Positions 13,103 to 25,463 of a stretch of DNA of 39,522 bases are shown one piece after another; the first letter of the stretch is position 1; each line of letters opens with the position of its first letter. Below the pieces are notes generated by a model. It was not told where the DNA came from. It saw nothing but the letters and a program-made list of their open reading frames with translations, and made no database searches. A program made the position numbers and the translations under genes. Source of the stretch: Nemertoderma westbladi (lineage: Eukaryota; Animalia; Xenacoelomorpha); contig JAUCBJ010000461.1 in NCBI GenBank assembly GCA_032718475.1, positions 1 to 39,522 on the forward strand, in the 5' to 3' direction.

Positions 13103-13927
13103 CCTGTATGGAATCCATCCAAAAAGTGCGCCGGATAGCGCGCCGACCAATTTTTATGCGCGCCGCGCGCCGATGCCATTTCGAAGAAAAACCCCGCGCC
13201 AACTAAATTTTTAAGCACGCCGATGCAATTTCGAAGAAACCCCGCGCCAACTAAATTTTTAAGCGCGCCACACATTGAAACAATTTTGAAGAGCGCCACG
13301 CCAATGCAAATTCAATTTTGAGGGAGTGTAACCAATCTGTCAATGTCAGTCAGTACTGCTGTTCCAGTCCCTGCTGCCCTATATCTGTATCTGTGTATAC
13401 AACAGTAGCCTAACCACTGAACCATAACCATACAACAGAAAAAGAAAGGCGAGCGAAGCGAGCCGAAATTTTTAAACAGCTAATGCTATTTTTAAGGCAC
13501 TTATCCATAATTGTTAAACCTGTAATGCTGTAAACTAACAAATCGGCGCCGGTTTTTATTTTTGGGAGCGCCACGCGCCGCCCTATATCTGTATACAACA
13601 GTAGCTTAACCACTGAACCATATAACAGAAAAAGAAAGGCGAGCGAAGCGAGCCGAAATTTTTAAACAGCTAACAGGCTAATGCTATTTTTAAGGCACTT
13701 ATCCATAATTGTTAAACCTGTAAACTAACAAATCGGCGCCGGTTTTTATTTTTGGGAGCGCCATGCGCCAAAGCTGAAAGCCGGCGCGCTTTACGATTTT
13801 CAAGAGCGCCACGCGCCAAAGTCGGCGTGCTTTACGATTTTCGAGCGCGCCACGCGCCACATTGACGCGCTTTTATTGCAAAGTGCGCCGGATTAATCCG
13901 GCGCAAAGTGTATGGATTCCAGTCTGG
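13103..13927. mobile_element. Non-autonomous DNA transposon (hAT-like 8-bp TSD), copy 1
   Basis: Ends are CCTGTATGGAATCCAT and rc CCAGACTGGAATCCAT. TSD CCCTAAAG at 13095-13102 and 13928-13935 (end placement +/-1). Many GCGCC motifs and internal duplications. Confidence 0.85.
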
Positions 13928-14111
13928 CCCTAAAGCTTTGCAGGTCCATTCCACGAGAAGTGGTCCCAGGGGAAAGAATATTTTTTCCTTCCTATCACGT
14001 CATTGCATATCTTATAATATACATATAAGATCGAATTTTCTAGAACAGTGATTGTTTCTTAGTCATTCCATGTTATATTGAAAATATTTGACTTAAAAGT
14101 TTGCCATAATA

Positions 14112-15398
14112 CAGTTAGGTACAATGGCCAAATCTGGCAATGATTGTGATTGCCATATTTGGCAACCAAGCAAAATCTGGCAAAATTTCTGATTGCCTAA
14201 TTTGGCAGCTACATAAACCCGTTGCTGCCATATTTGGCAACTTAACTAACTCATTGAATATGGCTTTATTTGGTTCTGCATCATTAAGTCCTATCAGTCT
14301 ATGGTCATTCCTTAGATCCTGAAATGTTAAGGGGTAGGGCCAGGTTATACTTATAGTGGCATATTCTAACCAACTGACCAATCGGCCAATATACCCTAAT
14401 AAATGAGAGTCAACTGGTCAATAACACAAAAACATCCTGACTGCGTGACTGGTGATAGTTTATTTTTGCTAGTAGTCTCTGGTGCTGCTTGGGGATGTGG
14501 TTGATCTTGATTGTTGCTTGTACCAATAATAGTTAAAGATTGTAGTAACTGCAGAACTGTGTAACAGTGTAATGCGGATACAATTGCCTTGCAAATTGCA
14601 ATCTAAATCATCCATCACTCTGTACAGCTATATCAGTATATCTATCTTTCCATTCCTACATATAATGAAAATCATTTGATCCCGTTTTTCATTAGGGCCT
14701 ACTAGAAACAATTTGGTTGAATCTTTTAGTCTTTTAACACGCGTTTTGGTTTTCTCAGTCTTTCTAAATTTTGACACAAATTCTATTTTTCTTCTGTCAC
14801 GCCGTTTCTCAAACAGTCAAACTTTAACCCTTGCTTGCTTGCTACCTTGTGGCGATGTTCACGTTGTCAAGTATTATTACGTTTAGTTCTATTTCAGCCT
14901 TTGATTGAAGCATGTGATTCTTTAGTTTTGTTTATGCCTATACCAGTCTGCCAGTACGGTATCTGTTGCAGACTGTAACAGTTGTATCTGATGTTTATAA
15001 ATCACCACAACTCGACAAGGGTAAGCAAGCAGTAAGCAATTTTAAAGTAATTTACAATGACATAGTAATTGACATGGCTGCACATTAATAATGGTTGCCA
15101 AAAATGGCAACCATTATTTTACTTTAATTTTAATGGTTGCCAAAAATGGCAATAATTATTTTAGGCACATTTCTGCCTATTGCTAAGAGAAATTCAGACG
15201 ATGATTTTTTTTCTTATACGGTCAATTATATTTAAATTTCGCGCTCTTTTCACTTACCTATTTACCAAAATGCGATTTTGCTTCTGGCTGTCTGGGCGTG
15301 CGAAAATTAGAAAAACCAAAAGTTGCCAGATTTGGCAATAAACATTGCCATATGTGGCAACTTTTGAGGTTGCCAGATTTGGCCATTGTACCTAACTG
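14112..15398. mobile_element. Non-autonomous Tc1/mariner- or pogo-like element with 29-bp perfect TIRs
   Basis: CAGTTAGGTACAATGGCCAAATCTGGCAA at both ends, flanked by TA. Subterminal TTGCCA...TGGCAA motifs; no transposase seen. Confidence 0.85.
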
Positions 15399-15654
15399 TA
15401 ATATTGCAGTTATCAAAATAAAATTGCACTTATTATGAATTTGGCTGGAAATGATAAAAAAATTCATGTTTACTAAAACTTTTCTTGTCATTACATAAGT
15501 CAGTAAGTATTAAAGTCTAATTAATGTAAGGAAACTACTAGGATCGGCATGCTGCATTGCAGCTGCATTTTTAAGAATGCTGTGCCGGCTTATCGACAAA
15601 ATTGCACCGCCACAACTCCCTATCACCCATGACATTTGCTAGATCATCCGCATC

Positions 15655-17580
15655 TTCAAGGCCAGTGTCCTTTAAGATGCGTCTCAAGAAAGTCATGGGC
15701 TGTCCACCATGCTTATTCACTCCATGACTGCATGAGGCTGCCAAAGTACAAGATTATGCACTGGCTGGTCCTCACGGCGAAAGCAATGCCCTGCAAAGCG
15801 GAGGCGATTTTGTTCTAGTGTCAAGCTTGGGGGCACCAATGCAGCAATGAGACACCTCCAATGTTATATAGTGTCTGGTTGGAGATGTGTGCATTGTACT
15901 TGACACAATGAATCCGGCGTAGCATTTTGTGAATGTGCCATCCAAAGATTTGGTGTCCTCATCAGTTAGAGCCCAGCATGGACTCCCAATACTCCCATAG
16001 AGGAGTACCTACTGCTGTACTGGAACTACTGCTGCTCTAAAATAATCGGACCTTAAGTGTCCGATTAATTCTCGGTAACTTCCAAATCCTGGAAAGCCTA
16101 TTCAAGGCTGCCCATGCCTTTCCCTTACGTATTCGAGGGTCCTCACCTGACTTCCGGATCCATGATCCCAGGCCTGTATGGAATCCATCCAAAAAGTGCG
16201 CCGGATAGCGCGCCAACCAATTTTTATGTGCGCCGCGCGCCGATGCACTTTCAAAGAAACCCCGTGCCAACGAAATTTTTAAGCGCGCCGCACATTGAAA
16301 CAATTTTGAAGAGCGCCACGGCCAGACGGCCACCAGCAGGCAGCAGGGGCCACGCCAATGCAATTTCAATTTTGAAGGAATGTAACCAGTCTGTCAATGT
16401 CAGTACGGTACTGCTGTCAGGCTGTACCTGTCCCGTCCCCTGGTCCCTGCTGCCCAGTACAGCAGTAGCCTAAGCCTAACCACTGAACCATACAACAGAA
16501 ACAAGCCAATGATAAAAAGAAAAGCGAGCGAAGCGAGCCGAAATTTTTAAACAACTAATGCAATTTTTAAGGCACTTCCGTAATTGTTAAACTAACAATC
16601 GGCGCCGGTTTTCATTTTTGGGAGCGCCACGCGCCAAAGCCGGCGCGCTTTACGATTTTCAAGCGCACCACGTGCCACATTGGCGCGCTTTTATTGCAAA
16701 GTGCGCCGGATTAATCCGGCGCAAAGTGTATGGATTCTAGTCTGGATCCCAGGTAACAGAAGTCATCCACATGCTCAAGCATACCATCTTTTGAGCTTAT
16801 GCTCATCCGATCAGAGACTTGCTGAGAACTTTCAAAGATAACTGTCAAAATTTTGGTCTTTCTGGAGTTAATAAAAAGACAACACTAGAAGCAGCATGTT
16901 CTAATGAGCTGAGGAGCCGCTGGGCTCCCTCTAGTGATTCTGAGAGTACTCCTAAGTCATCAGCAAAGTCTAGATCAGTTAGGTACTTGGCAGGATTTCG
17001 TTGACTTCTGGAGCCAGTAGGTGGAGTTATCATCACCCCATCACCATTATGATGATCTAAGGAGATGCGTAGAACATAGTCAACAACAATTATGAACAAG
17101 AATGGTGCAAGTGTGTCTCCCTGGAGGACGCCCCATAACACTTCAAATGGTTCTGTGTCACCGTCAACAGTAGACACAAATGTTGTCGAACCATCGTATA
17201 CTGATCTAATTGCTGCAATAATTTCATCAGGAATCCCATATAATGAAAGTATGCTGAACTTCCGTGAGCGAGAGACTGAGTCAAAGGCCTTGAAGAAGTC
17301 AACAAAGATAAAAGCCAGATGCCTGTCTTTCTTTTTTGATAACTCTTCAATTATCCTTCTAAGTGCCAAAATGGGCTCCACAGTCCCACGACCTTTACGG
17401 AACCCATTCTGATTTCCACGGAGCAGTCTCTCAATGGGATCCCTGATGCGATTTAATAGAATTCTATTGTATAGCTTTGCAGCAATTGAGATCAATCAGA
17501 TTCCCCGAAAAGAACCATAGAGTGTTAGGTTGCCCTTCTTGGGAACTGGCACCAACTTATTTGTTTTCATTTCTTGTGGG
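15655..17580 (-). pseudogene. 5'-truncated non-LTR retrotransposon (RTE/RTE-X-like LINE) ORF2 reverse-transcriptase remnant, interrupted by a MITE
   Basis: Motifs LVPVPKKG, NQNGFRKGR, FVDFFKAFDSV, GVLQGDTLAPFLF, LDFADD, DDFCYLGS|WIRK and RLRFAGHC in order, with frameshifts and stops. Confidence 0.9.
16173..16745. mobile_element. Non-autonomous DNA transposon (hAT-like), copy 2, inserted in the LINE
   Basis: Highly similar to 13103-13927. TSD ATCCCAGG at 16165-16172 and 16746-16753. Confidence 0.88.
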
Positions 17581-19349
17581 ACAATTGCCTTTACAGCTTT
17601 ATACAGTTATAACAGTATAAGTTAAGTGAAGTGTAAATTTATGAGTTTGAAGTTTGAAAATTGAGGTTATTTTCATGAAATAAATTAAAAATCATATAGG
17701 CTGATAGGGCCCACAGTTCTATGGGATCTGTCAGTCTGTATTTAAAATTTTAGTATTATTTTTTATAATTATTAGCTAGAATTTGAGCAAGATTACATAT
17801 GAATATAAATACAAATAGTAAGTATGTATAAATGTATTACTGTCTATCAGCTGCCCGACCGAACCATCTTTGAGCCTATTGACATGACATTGGTTTTTCA
17901 CTTTTTTCACACCTTTCAAGTACAACATTGTGGACAATCCATCTAAGTGGGGCGTAACGTGGAGCAGAAGAGGAAATGCAGGACACAAGTCAGTTTTTCG
18001 AAACTGTGCGGCGATGTCCAGTTACTTGAGTCATGTCTCATCGAAATACGTGACAATGTATGTGCGCCATCGTCAGATGGGCGTGGGCGATGGGCTATTC
18101 TTTTGAATATCAATGGGCTATTCTATGCTACCGTGTGACTGTGTGAGGTAAGAATGCCAGTACTAGCAACTTCATTATGATACGATATTCTATAGAGGAT
18201 TTATAGAGTGCAGTACAACCATTGTCCTTATCCTTAACCCAACAATTAGCAATATACAGACTGCCATCCTTAACCCAACAATTAGCAATATACAGACTGA
18301 CATAAATCAAAGAATTATGAAAGAAGTGTAACACATACTGCATACTGTAAGGAATAAGGAATATTTATTTTATTTTAGGAATGTGCAGATTTTGGAATAC
18401 AATTGTATTCCTAAATAAGAAACCCAGGTCAAAAAGTTCTTATTTAGGGACTTTTAGTATTTATGTGTACAATTTCGATATCTTAAATAAGGTAAATTTA
18501 AAAAATCCCCCTTACAGCCTTACTGCCTTATTTAGGAACTAGTCGTATTTTTGATGCAATTTTAAAACGCTTGTAGAAAAAAAACCAGACGGTGAAATGT
18601 TTTCTGGTTTTTTGCTTTATGTTCAAGAAAGACCCAGCTTTTACATTGTGAAATAAAATTATGCGGTATTTTTTCCTGAAACAAGTTATTGCATATTATA
18701 TCGAAAAAAATATCCAAAAAAGGCCCAAAAACCCCTAAATAAGAGCCATTTTCCTTAAAATAAGAACCCACTTTTGGAGCTTATTTAAGGGTATGTTCCC
18801 TACTGTATTAAAACGGTCGTTAATTCAAGAAATACCGGTATATAAAAAATTACGAGGGACATTTTATAACTTGCCGGCATTTTCAGAAATTTTATTTTTA
18901 AAAAAGAATTCAGACGTACCGGTACCGGTACCGGCAGCAATGCACACCAAGCTACCAAGGAATAATATTTCAAAATTGCTTTGTTAGAATTGGAGGGAGG
19001 CCCTTTCTCCGCACAACACATTGACCTCCACTGTCTGACAGCTAACTAGGCCTACCCAGACAGCTCTAGGCATTGCAGCTAGCCAGACAACCAATACAGC
19101 AATCTGGCAATACGCCTATTGCTGTATTGAATATAATCTTGTAATCAACTCACCTTCTCGAAGCCTCTCCCCTCTAGTATACCTAAATCGACCATTGCAG
19201 TTCTGCAGTTCCAATAAAGCCAAAATAAGTCACATAGCACCATTAAAAACCTACAGCTGCATGGGCCTAACACTGTAACAGCCTAATGCCTAATGCAGTA
19301 CCGGTAATGAACCGCGAACCAGATGCCCGTTTCGCTGTTTGGGTACCGG

Positions 19350-20427
19350 CAGGGATGGCAAAAACCATGGTTTTTTGAAAAAAAATTTTTGGTTTTGGTT
19401 TTATTGTTTGGTTTTTTATGGTTTTTTTCGGTTTTTTATGGTTTTTTATGGTTTTTCTGTGGTTTATTTAAATCCAATACAGCAATACATACAAATGTAG
19501 GACCTACCTACAACAGTCTGACAGTATAACGCTTGCCCAATTGCCAATTGCCAATAGAACAAAATACTGGAATAACTGAATAAGCAGATAAGATAAGGCC
19601 ACATACAGATACAGTATGCTGGTTTGAAGCGTTTCTTCTGCTGTTCTGTTCTGTCCTTTCCTTACTCTCATCCTCATCCAACCCATCCACCATCAGCCCA
19701 TTTCAGCATGTGACAAAATACATACCAACGTCCAGACGTCTGCACTGCTCCACTGCACGCCAGGCTGCAAACCACCACTGAACCGCGCACAACGCAGGCT
19801 GCGCACAATATTTCAGCCGCGCAATATTGGACAATATACCGCGCATGCACCAAAAAAACGCGCACACCACATTTTAACAATGTTAACGACAGAACGAGAA
19901 ACATACGCCAGCGAAGCGAGCAAAACCTTTTCATTAACATTGCAAAATGAACAGATGAAAAGAAACGCGAGCAAAACTCAAAGTGAGAGAAATTTGTTCA
20001 TTCTAACAGCTGAACAGTGCAAAATGATAAGATAGGCCTAAAGAAACGCGAGCAAAACTCAAAATGAGCGAAATTTTTTCCTTCTAACAGTGCAAAATGA
20101 AAAAGAAACAAGAGCAAAACTCAAAGTGAGCGAAATTTTTTCATTCTACATGTAACAGTGCAAAATGAAAAAGAAACGCGAGCAAAACTCAAAGTGTTCG
20201 AAATTTTTTCATTCTAACAGTGCAAAATGAAAAAGAAACGCGACTACCCGTCGGGTGCAGTTTGATTTATAGGTATTACTACCTATTTACAGCGTTAATT
20301 GTAAAATTTTATGAAAAACCATAAAAAACCATAAAAAACCAATTTTTTCGCCTTTTTTTAAAAAGTTGGTTAAACCAAAAAACCATAAAAAACCAATGGT
20401 GAGAAAAACCATTGGTTGCCAACCCTG
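19350..20427. mobile_element. hAT-type non-autonomous element
   Basis: TIR CAGGG(A/T)TGGCAA, perfect 8-bp TSD GGTACCGG (19342-49 and 20428-35), and mirrored subterminal ATGGTTTTT/AAAAACCAT repeats. Confidence 0.9.
19941..20242. repeat. ~60-70-bp minisatellite (4-5 copies) inside the hAT element
   Basis: Unit is approximately TGCAAAATGAAAAAGAAACGCGAGCAAAACTCAAAGTGAGCGAAATTTTTTCATTCTAACAG. Confidence 0.85.
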
Positions 20428-22577
20428 GGTACCGGTAAGGACAGATGCGCGTTGCGCCTCGCGCGCAGCTCTGATGGCTGTATTATCCATACCATGTGCC
20501 ATGTGTACACAGCTGCACAGTGACAGTAGGCCTACTGCCAGACCAGACTGCAGTAGGGCTTCTTCCAGTCTGCCAAAGTCTGGCAGTCAGCCAGTTGAGT
20601 TGCAAGTGCAACAGACTGCTGGCCTGACGGACGACGGTGACACAGACTGACAGACAGAACCATTCAAAGTGTTATGGGGAGTCCTCCAGCCAGCTTCCAG
20701 CCACTGGCCAGATTGCTGTACTGCAGTACTGTACTGTAGTACAGTAGTACCGGTCCGGTCTGCCGGTACCGTAAATATCTGAATGTGTAGGCCTGGCCTA
20801 CTACAACTGTACTAACAACTAAACCAGTAAACTAATATAACAAGAACAACCATATAACACCTCCCCTCTCTGAAACTAACGCTACTAACTAAAAGACTAA
20901 CTGAAACTAACTAAAAGGAATGCATATAAAATAAGCTAGAAATTTTAATCTTGTTTTTAGCGGCGGGTGCCAAATTTTGGTGCCAGCCCCAAATTTTGAA
21001 ATATTTCAATTTTGTAAATTGATTATTTGAAGCTGTTTTTTCCGCAATAGGGGTTTTAAGCGTTCTAGTCTCGTTGGAATATATATGAATTGCACCAGGC
21101 ATATCATCAACGTTGTATTTTTCGGTGCAGTGTGCAAAATTTGGTACCAGTAAGAAATTTTGAAAATTCATTCAATAGTTCAATTGATTGTGACGACTCA
21201 TAGTCCTACAGTATCTTACATTTTACAGGTTTATGGGGGCTCTGAATTCAATGGAATAAATATTTATCTAACAACTATACATCTCAAACTTGTATTGTTC
21301 GGAAGTTATACGGATTTGTGAGGGTTCTGAACTCAATAAGTAAAAATTGCATAACAATTCTGAAACTTGTATTTTTCGGCGGTGGGTGAAAATTTTCAAC
21401 AACATCGTTTATTGTTTTGGTTAGAAATTGCCGCCGCTGTACCCTGCTCTTTTCCTTCAATTGGAAGGTAAAAACATCGTTTGTTGATTCCCACCCACCT
21501 TCCCATCTTCTTTCATCGTCTGGGTATAAACTCCGCTGTATCAGCTGGCAATCAGGGCAATATGGGGCATGATAAAGTGTTTCGCCATATTCAGCAGTAC
21601 AGTACTGCACGCACAGAGGTACTGTACCTCTTCCTGCCTTCCCTTTAGCGTAACAAACAAACAATAAATATTTTAAATGTAATATACTAACAGTATCATT
21701 ATTCAATAATATTAATTATATTTAATATAATTAACTTTAACTATTAATATTGATAACTATTAACAAGAAAGATTACTAAAATATTGCAGCAAAGGCTGTA
21801 TTGTTTTTAATAAATGATTAATGTTTCAACACCAACTAAATCTGCAAAAGTTGTTTACATCTGAAACTATCCATCTTTGCTGGGGCCATCACACAACTTC
21901 CATACCCGCCATCCTTCATCCTACTGTATATCGCATTTTTAACATGCCTTTGCTGCATTGGCTGCATACCGGTATGCCTGAAGGCCTACTGCTATGTCAT
22001 ATGATGATACTGATACGTAACATGGCAACCTGATCCCCTATTGGCTATTTACCTACTGTATATCTCTTTATCCTGATTGGTTATAGGATCACATGCCGTC
22101 AGATCAGATCAGATCAGATAAGGACAGACGTTTTATTCTACCTCCTCATTTTGTTAACATGCAATATTATTGGGCAGTGCTAAAATGCACAAAGACCTAC
22201 ACGGACCCAAAAAAATGACCATTACACTATGAAGCAATGAGGCACCAACCCACTCCGACTCAGGAGATGTTGCACAGTGATAAATTAATGCTATCAAAGT
22301 TAATTCTGCGACAAATTATACAAATATAAGGAAAGCACTGAGCCACATAGAGCCAAAACCTAATTTTTTGGATAAATTTGGATCAGCTGATTGATTCTGA
22401 CTAACTTTTCCATGGTGATTTCTTATTGGTTACTTTGTATACCATCTACCCTGCCCTATTCACCTACTAATGTTAAGGATGGTAATAATATGCTTGCGCA
22501 CGGACACACACCCACACACACACACACACACACCCCCCTACACACACCCCCCCACACACACACACACACACCCCTCC

Positions 22578-22834
22578 ACACCCAAAGGATGTCATATACT
22601 TTGCACACGGACCCAAAAGATGTCAGATACTTTGCACACGGACCCAAAGGATGTCAGATTCTTTGAACACGGACCCAAAGGATGTCAGATACTTTGAACA
22701 CGGACCCAAATGTTGGCAGATACTTTGCACACGGACCCAAATGTTGGCTGATACTTTGCACACGGACCCAAACGATGTCAGATACTTTGCACACGGACCC
22801 GAAGGATGTCAGATACTTTGCACACGGACCCAAA
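22578..22834 (+). repeat. 31-bp tandem array, left arm (~8 units), preceded by a CA/C-rich tract
   Basis: Unit CACACGGACCCAAAGGATGTCAGATACTTTG. Confidence 0.92.
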
Positions 22835-22872
22835 CTCACAAATTCCAGAAACAAATCTAACTCACTGAGATA

Positions 22873-23570
22873 CAGTACAGGCCACCAGAAAACGCAGATT
22901 TGTACAATTGTGAACACATTTTATCAAATGTGTACCAGTGTAATGTAATGTTGTTGAACGGGACAATTGAACATAATTGAATTGGCAACAACCAAAATTT
23001 TTTCGCCAAAGGATACAATTGAATACTTTTGAAACGCTTAGTAATCTGGAAACTCTCTGTAGTTTGCCGCGAACTGTCACTCACTGCAGCTGGAAATGCG
23101 ATAAGGATTTTGTTTACCTTTATAGTGTGCGGTTAATAGTGTCTAGTAGGCAGGCCTATAGTTAGTGATGTTAAGGCATCTTCTGGTGTTTCTCTGTGCC
23201 CTCTCGGTGTCAGACTAATGGCGCGACATCTCCCTGCACTAAATTAATTATTCAATGGTCTAGGCTCCTCCATCCATATACCCATCCACTCCCATACACT
23301 CCATGAACCTCCATGTGGTCTTGTATGTAGTTCTCTCTCTACCAATACAGCCCATGTCCGCAATGTTACGCCCTGGGGGCTCTCTCATCTACCTGATATC
23401 AGACATACAGGCGCACCGCACACAAAGCCTTTGTCGGTCCCAGCAAGTTAGCCTCCTGCTGTGTGATCTAGAAGATAACTCGCCATAACCTGCCAATCAG
23501 ATGACTTGAACAAATGTGTTCACATGTGATCACATTGGATGAAATCTGCTTTTTCTGGTGGCCTGTACTG
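22873..23570. mobile_element. TA-flanked MITE nested in the Foldback-like loop
   Basis: TIR CAGTACAGGCCACCAGAAAA(C/A)GCAGATTT at both ends, with TA on either side. Confidence 0.8.
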
Positions 23571-24045
23571 TACCTATGTGTATGGCCAAGTTAACCTGTA
23601 CATTTCGTTTTTCTAACTACTCTGCTACATTGAAAAAATGAAGCTTATAAAAATCAAGTTTCGACTCATCGGAGATTTGAAAAAAAATGAAAAATATTAA
23701 TCAGCAGTTGACTTTGGAGCAAAATTAATGGAATTTTTGGATTCAGCACCAAAAATTACCCCTAAGAGGACATTTTTAGCCAACCTACACTATATATTTG
23801 ATCAAATATATGTGTTTTATTACATAATGTCTATTCGCGAGCGAGGGTTTTTCGTGTCGCGAATGACCGGAAGAGCCCATCTTCAAGAGGGTGTATCTCA
23901 AGAACCCCTTAAGATATTGATCCAAAATTTTGCAGGTCTTATACTAGTATATAGAACTACACTTGCTAGGAGTTTCAAGAAAATCTGAGATGGTTGCTTA
24001 AATGGCCTGGATGACTTGATATGGAATAACCCGCTGGGCAAAAGT

Positions 24046-25463
24046 GCCAACATTTGGGTCCGTGTTCAAAGTATCTGACATCCTTTGGGTCCGTGTTCAA
24101 AGAATCTGACATCCTTTGGGTCCGTGTGCAAAGTATCTGACATCGTTTGGGTCCATGTGCAAAGTATATGACATCCTTTGGACCCGTGTGCAAAGTATCT
24201 GTCAACATTTGGGTTCGTGTGCAAAGTATCTGACATATTTTGGGTCTGTGTGCAAAGTATATGACATCCTTTGGGTCCGTGTGCAAAGTATCTGCCAATA
24301 TTTGGGTCCGTGTGCAAAGTATCTGACATCTTTTGGGTCCGTGTGCAAAGTATCTGCCAATATTTGGGTTCGTGTGCAAAGTATATGACATCCTTTGGGT
24401 CCGTGTGCAAAGTATATGACATTCTTTGGGTCCGTGTGCAAAGCATCTGACATCCTTTGGGTCCGTGTGCAAAGTATCTGCCAACATTTGCGTCCGTGTG
24501 CAAAGTATCTGCCAACATTTGAGTCCGTGTGCAAAGTATCTGACATCCTTTGGGTCCGTGTGCAAAGTATATGACATCCTTTGGGTCCGTGTGCAAAGTA
24601 TCTGCCAACATTTGGGTCCGTGTGCAAAGTATCTGACATCTTTTGGGTCCGTGTGCAAAGTATATGACATCCTTTGGGTCCGTGTGCAAAGTATATGACA
24701 TTCTTTGGGTCCGTGTGCAAAGCATCTGACATCCTTTGGGTCCGTGTGCAAAGTATCTGCCAACATTTGCGTCCGTGTGCAAAGTATCTGCCAACATTTG
24801 AGTCCGTGTGCAAAGTATCTGACATCCTTTGGGTCCGTGTGCAAAGTATATGATATCCTTTGGGTCCGTGTGCAAAGTATATGACATCCTTTGGGTCCGT
24901 GTGCAAAGTATCTGAGATCCTTTGGGTCCGTGTGCAAAGTATATGCCAACATTTGGGTCCGTGTGCAAAGTATCTGTCATCTTTTGGGTCCGTGTGCAAA
25001 GTATCTGCCAACATTTGGGTTCGTGTGCAAAGTATCTGACATATTTTGGGTCCGTGTGCAAAGTATATGACATCCTTTGGGTCCGTGTGCAAAGTATGGC
25101 CAATATTTGGGTCCGTGTGCAAAGTATCTGACATCTTTTGGGTCCATGTGCAAAGTATATGACATCCTTTGGGTCCGTGTACAAGGTATCTGCCAACATT
25201 TGGGTCCGTGTGCAAAGTATCTGACACCCTTTGGGTCCGTGTGCAAAGTATCTGACATCGTTTGGGTCCGTGTGCAAAGTATCTGCCAACATTTGGGTCC
25301 GTATGCAAAGTATCTGCCAACATTTGGGTCCGTGTTCAAAGTATCTGACATCCTTTGGGTCCGTATTCAAAGAATCTGACATCCTTTGGGTCCGTGTGCA
25401 AAGTATCTGACATCTTTTGGGTCCGTGTGCAAAGTATATGACATCCTTTGGGTCCGTGTGCAA
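24046..25463 (-). repeat. 31-bp tandem array, right arm (~46 units)
   Basis: Reverse complement of the left-arm unit; includes a 279-bp (9-unit) higher-order duplication. Confidence 0.95.

Noticed and set aside
18343-18807. Possible old MITE with CTAAATAAG/CTTATTTAG motifs
   Set aside because: Terminal match is too weak to define ends.
21284-21706. 140-aa minus-strand ORF or possible exon
   Set aside because: No recognisable family and no clear splice pair; would need a homology search.
24046-25463. CRISPR-like appearance of the 31-bp periodicity
   Set aside because: Units are contiguous with no unique spacers, there are no cas genes, and the context is eukaryotic.
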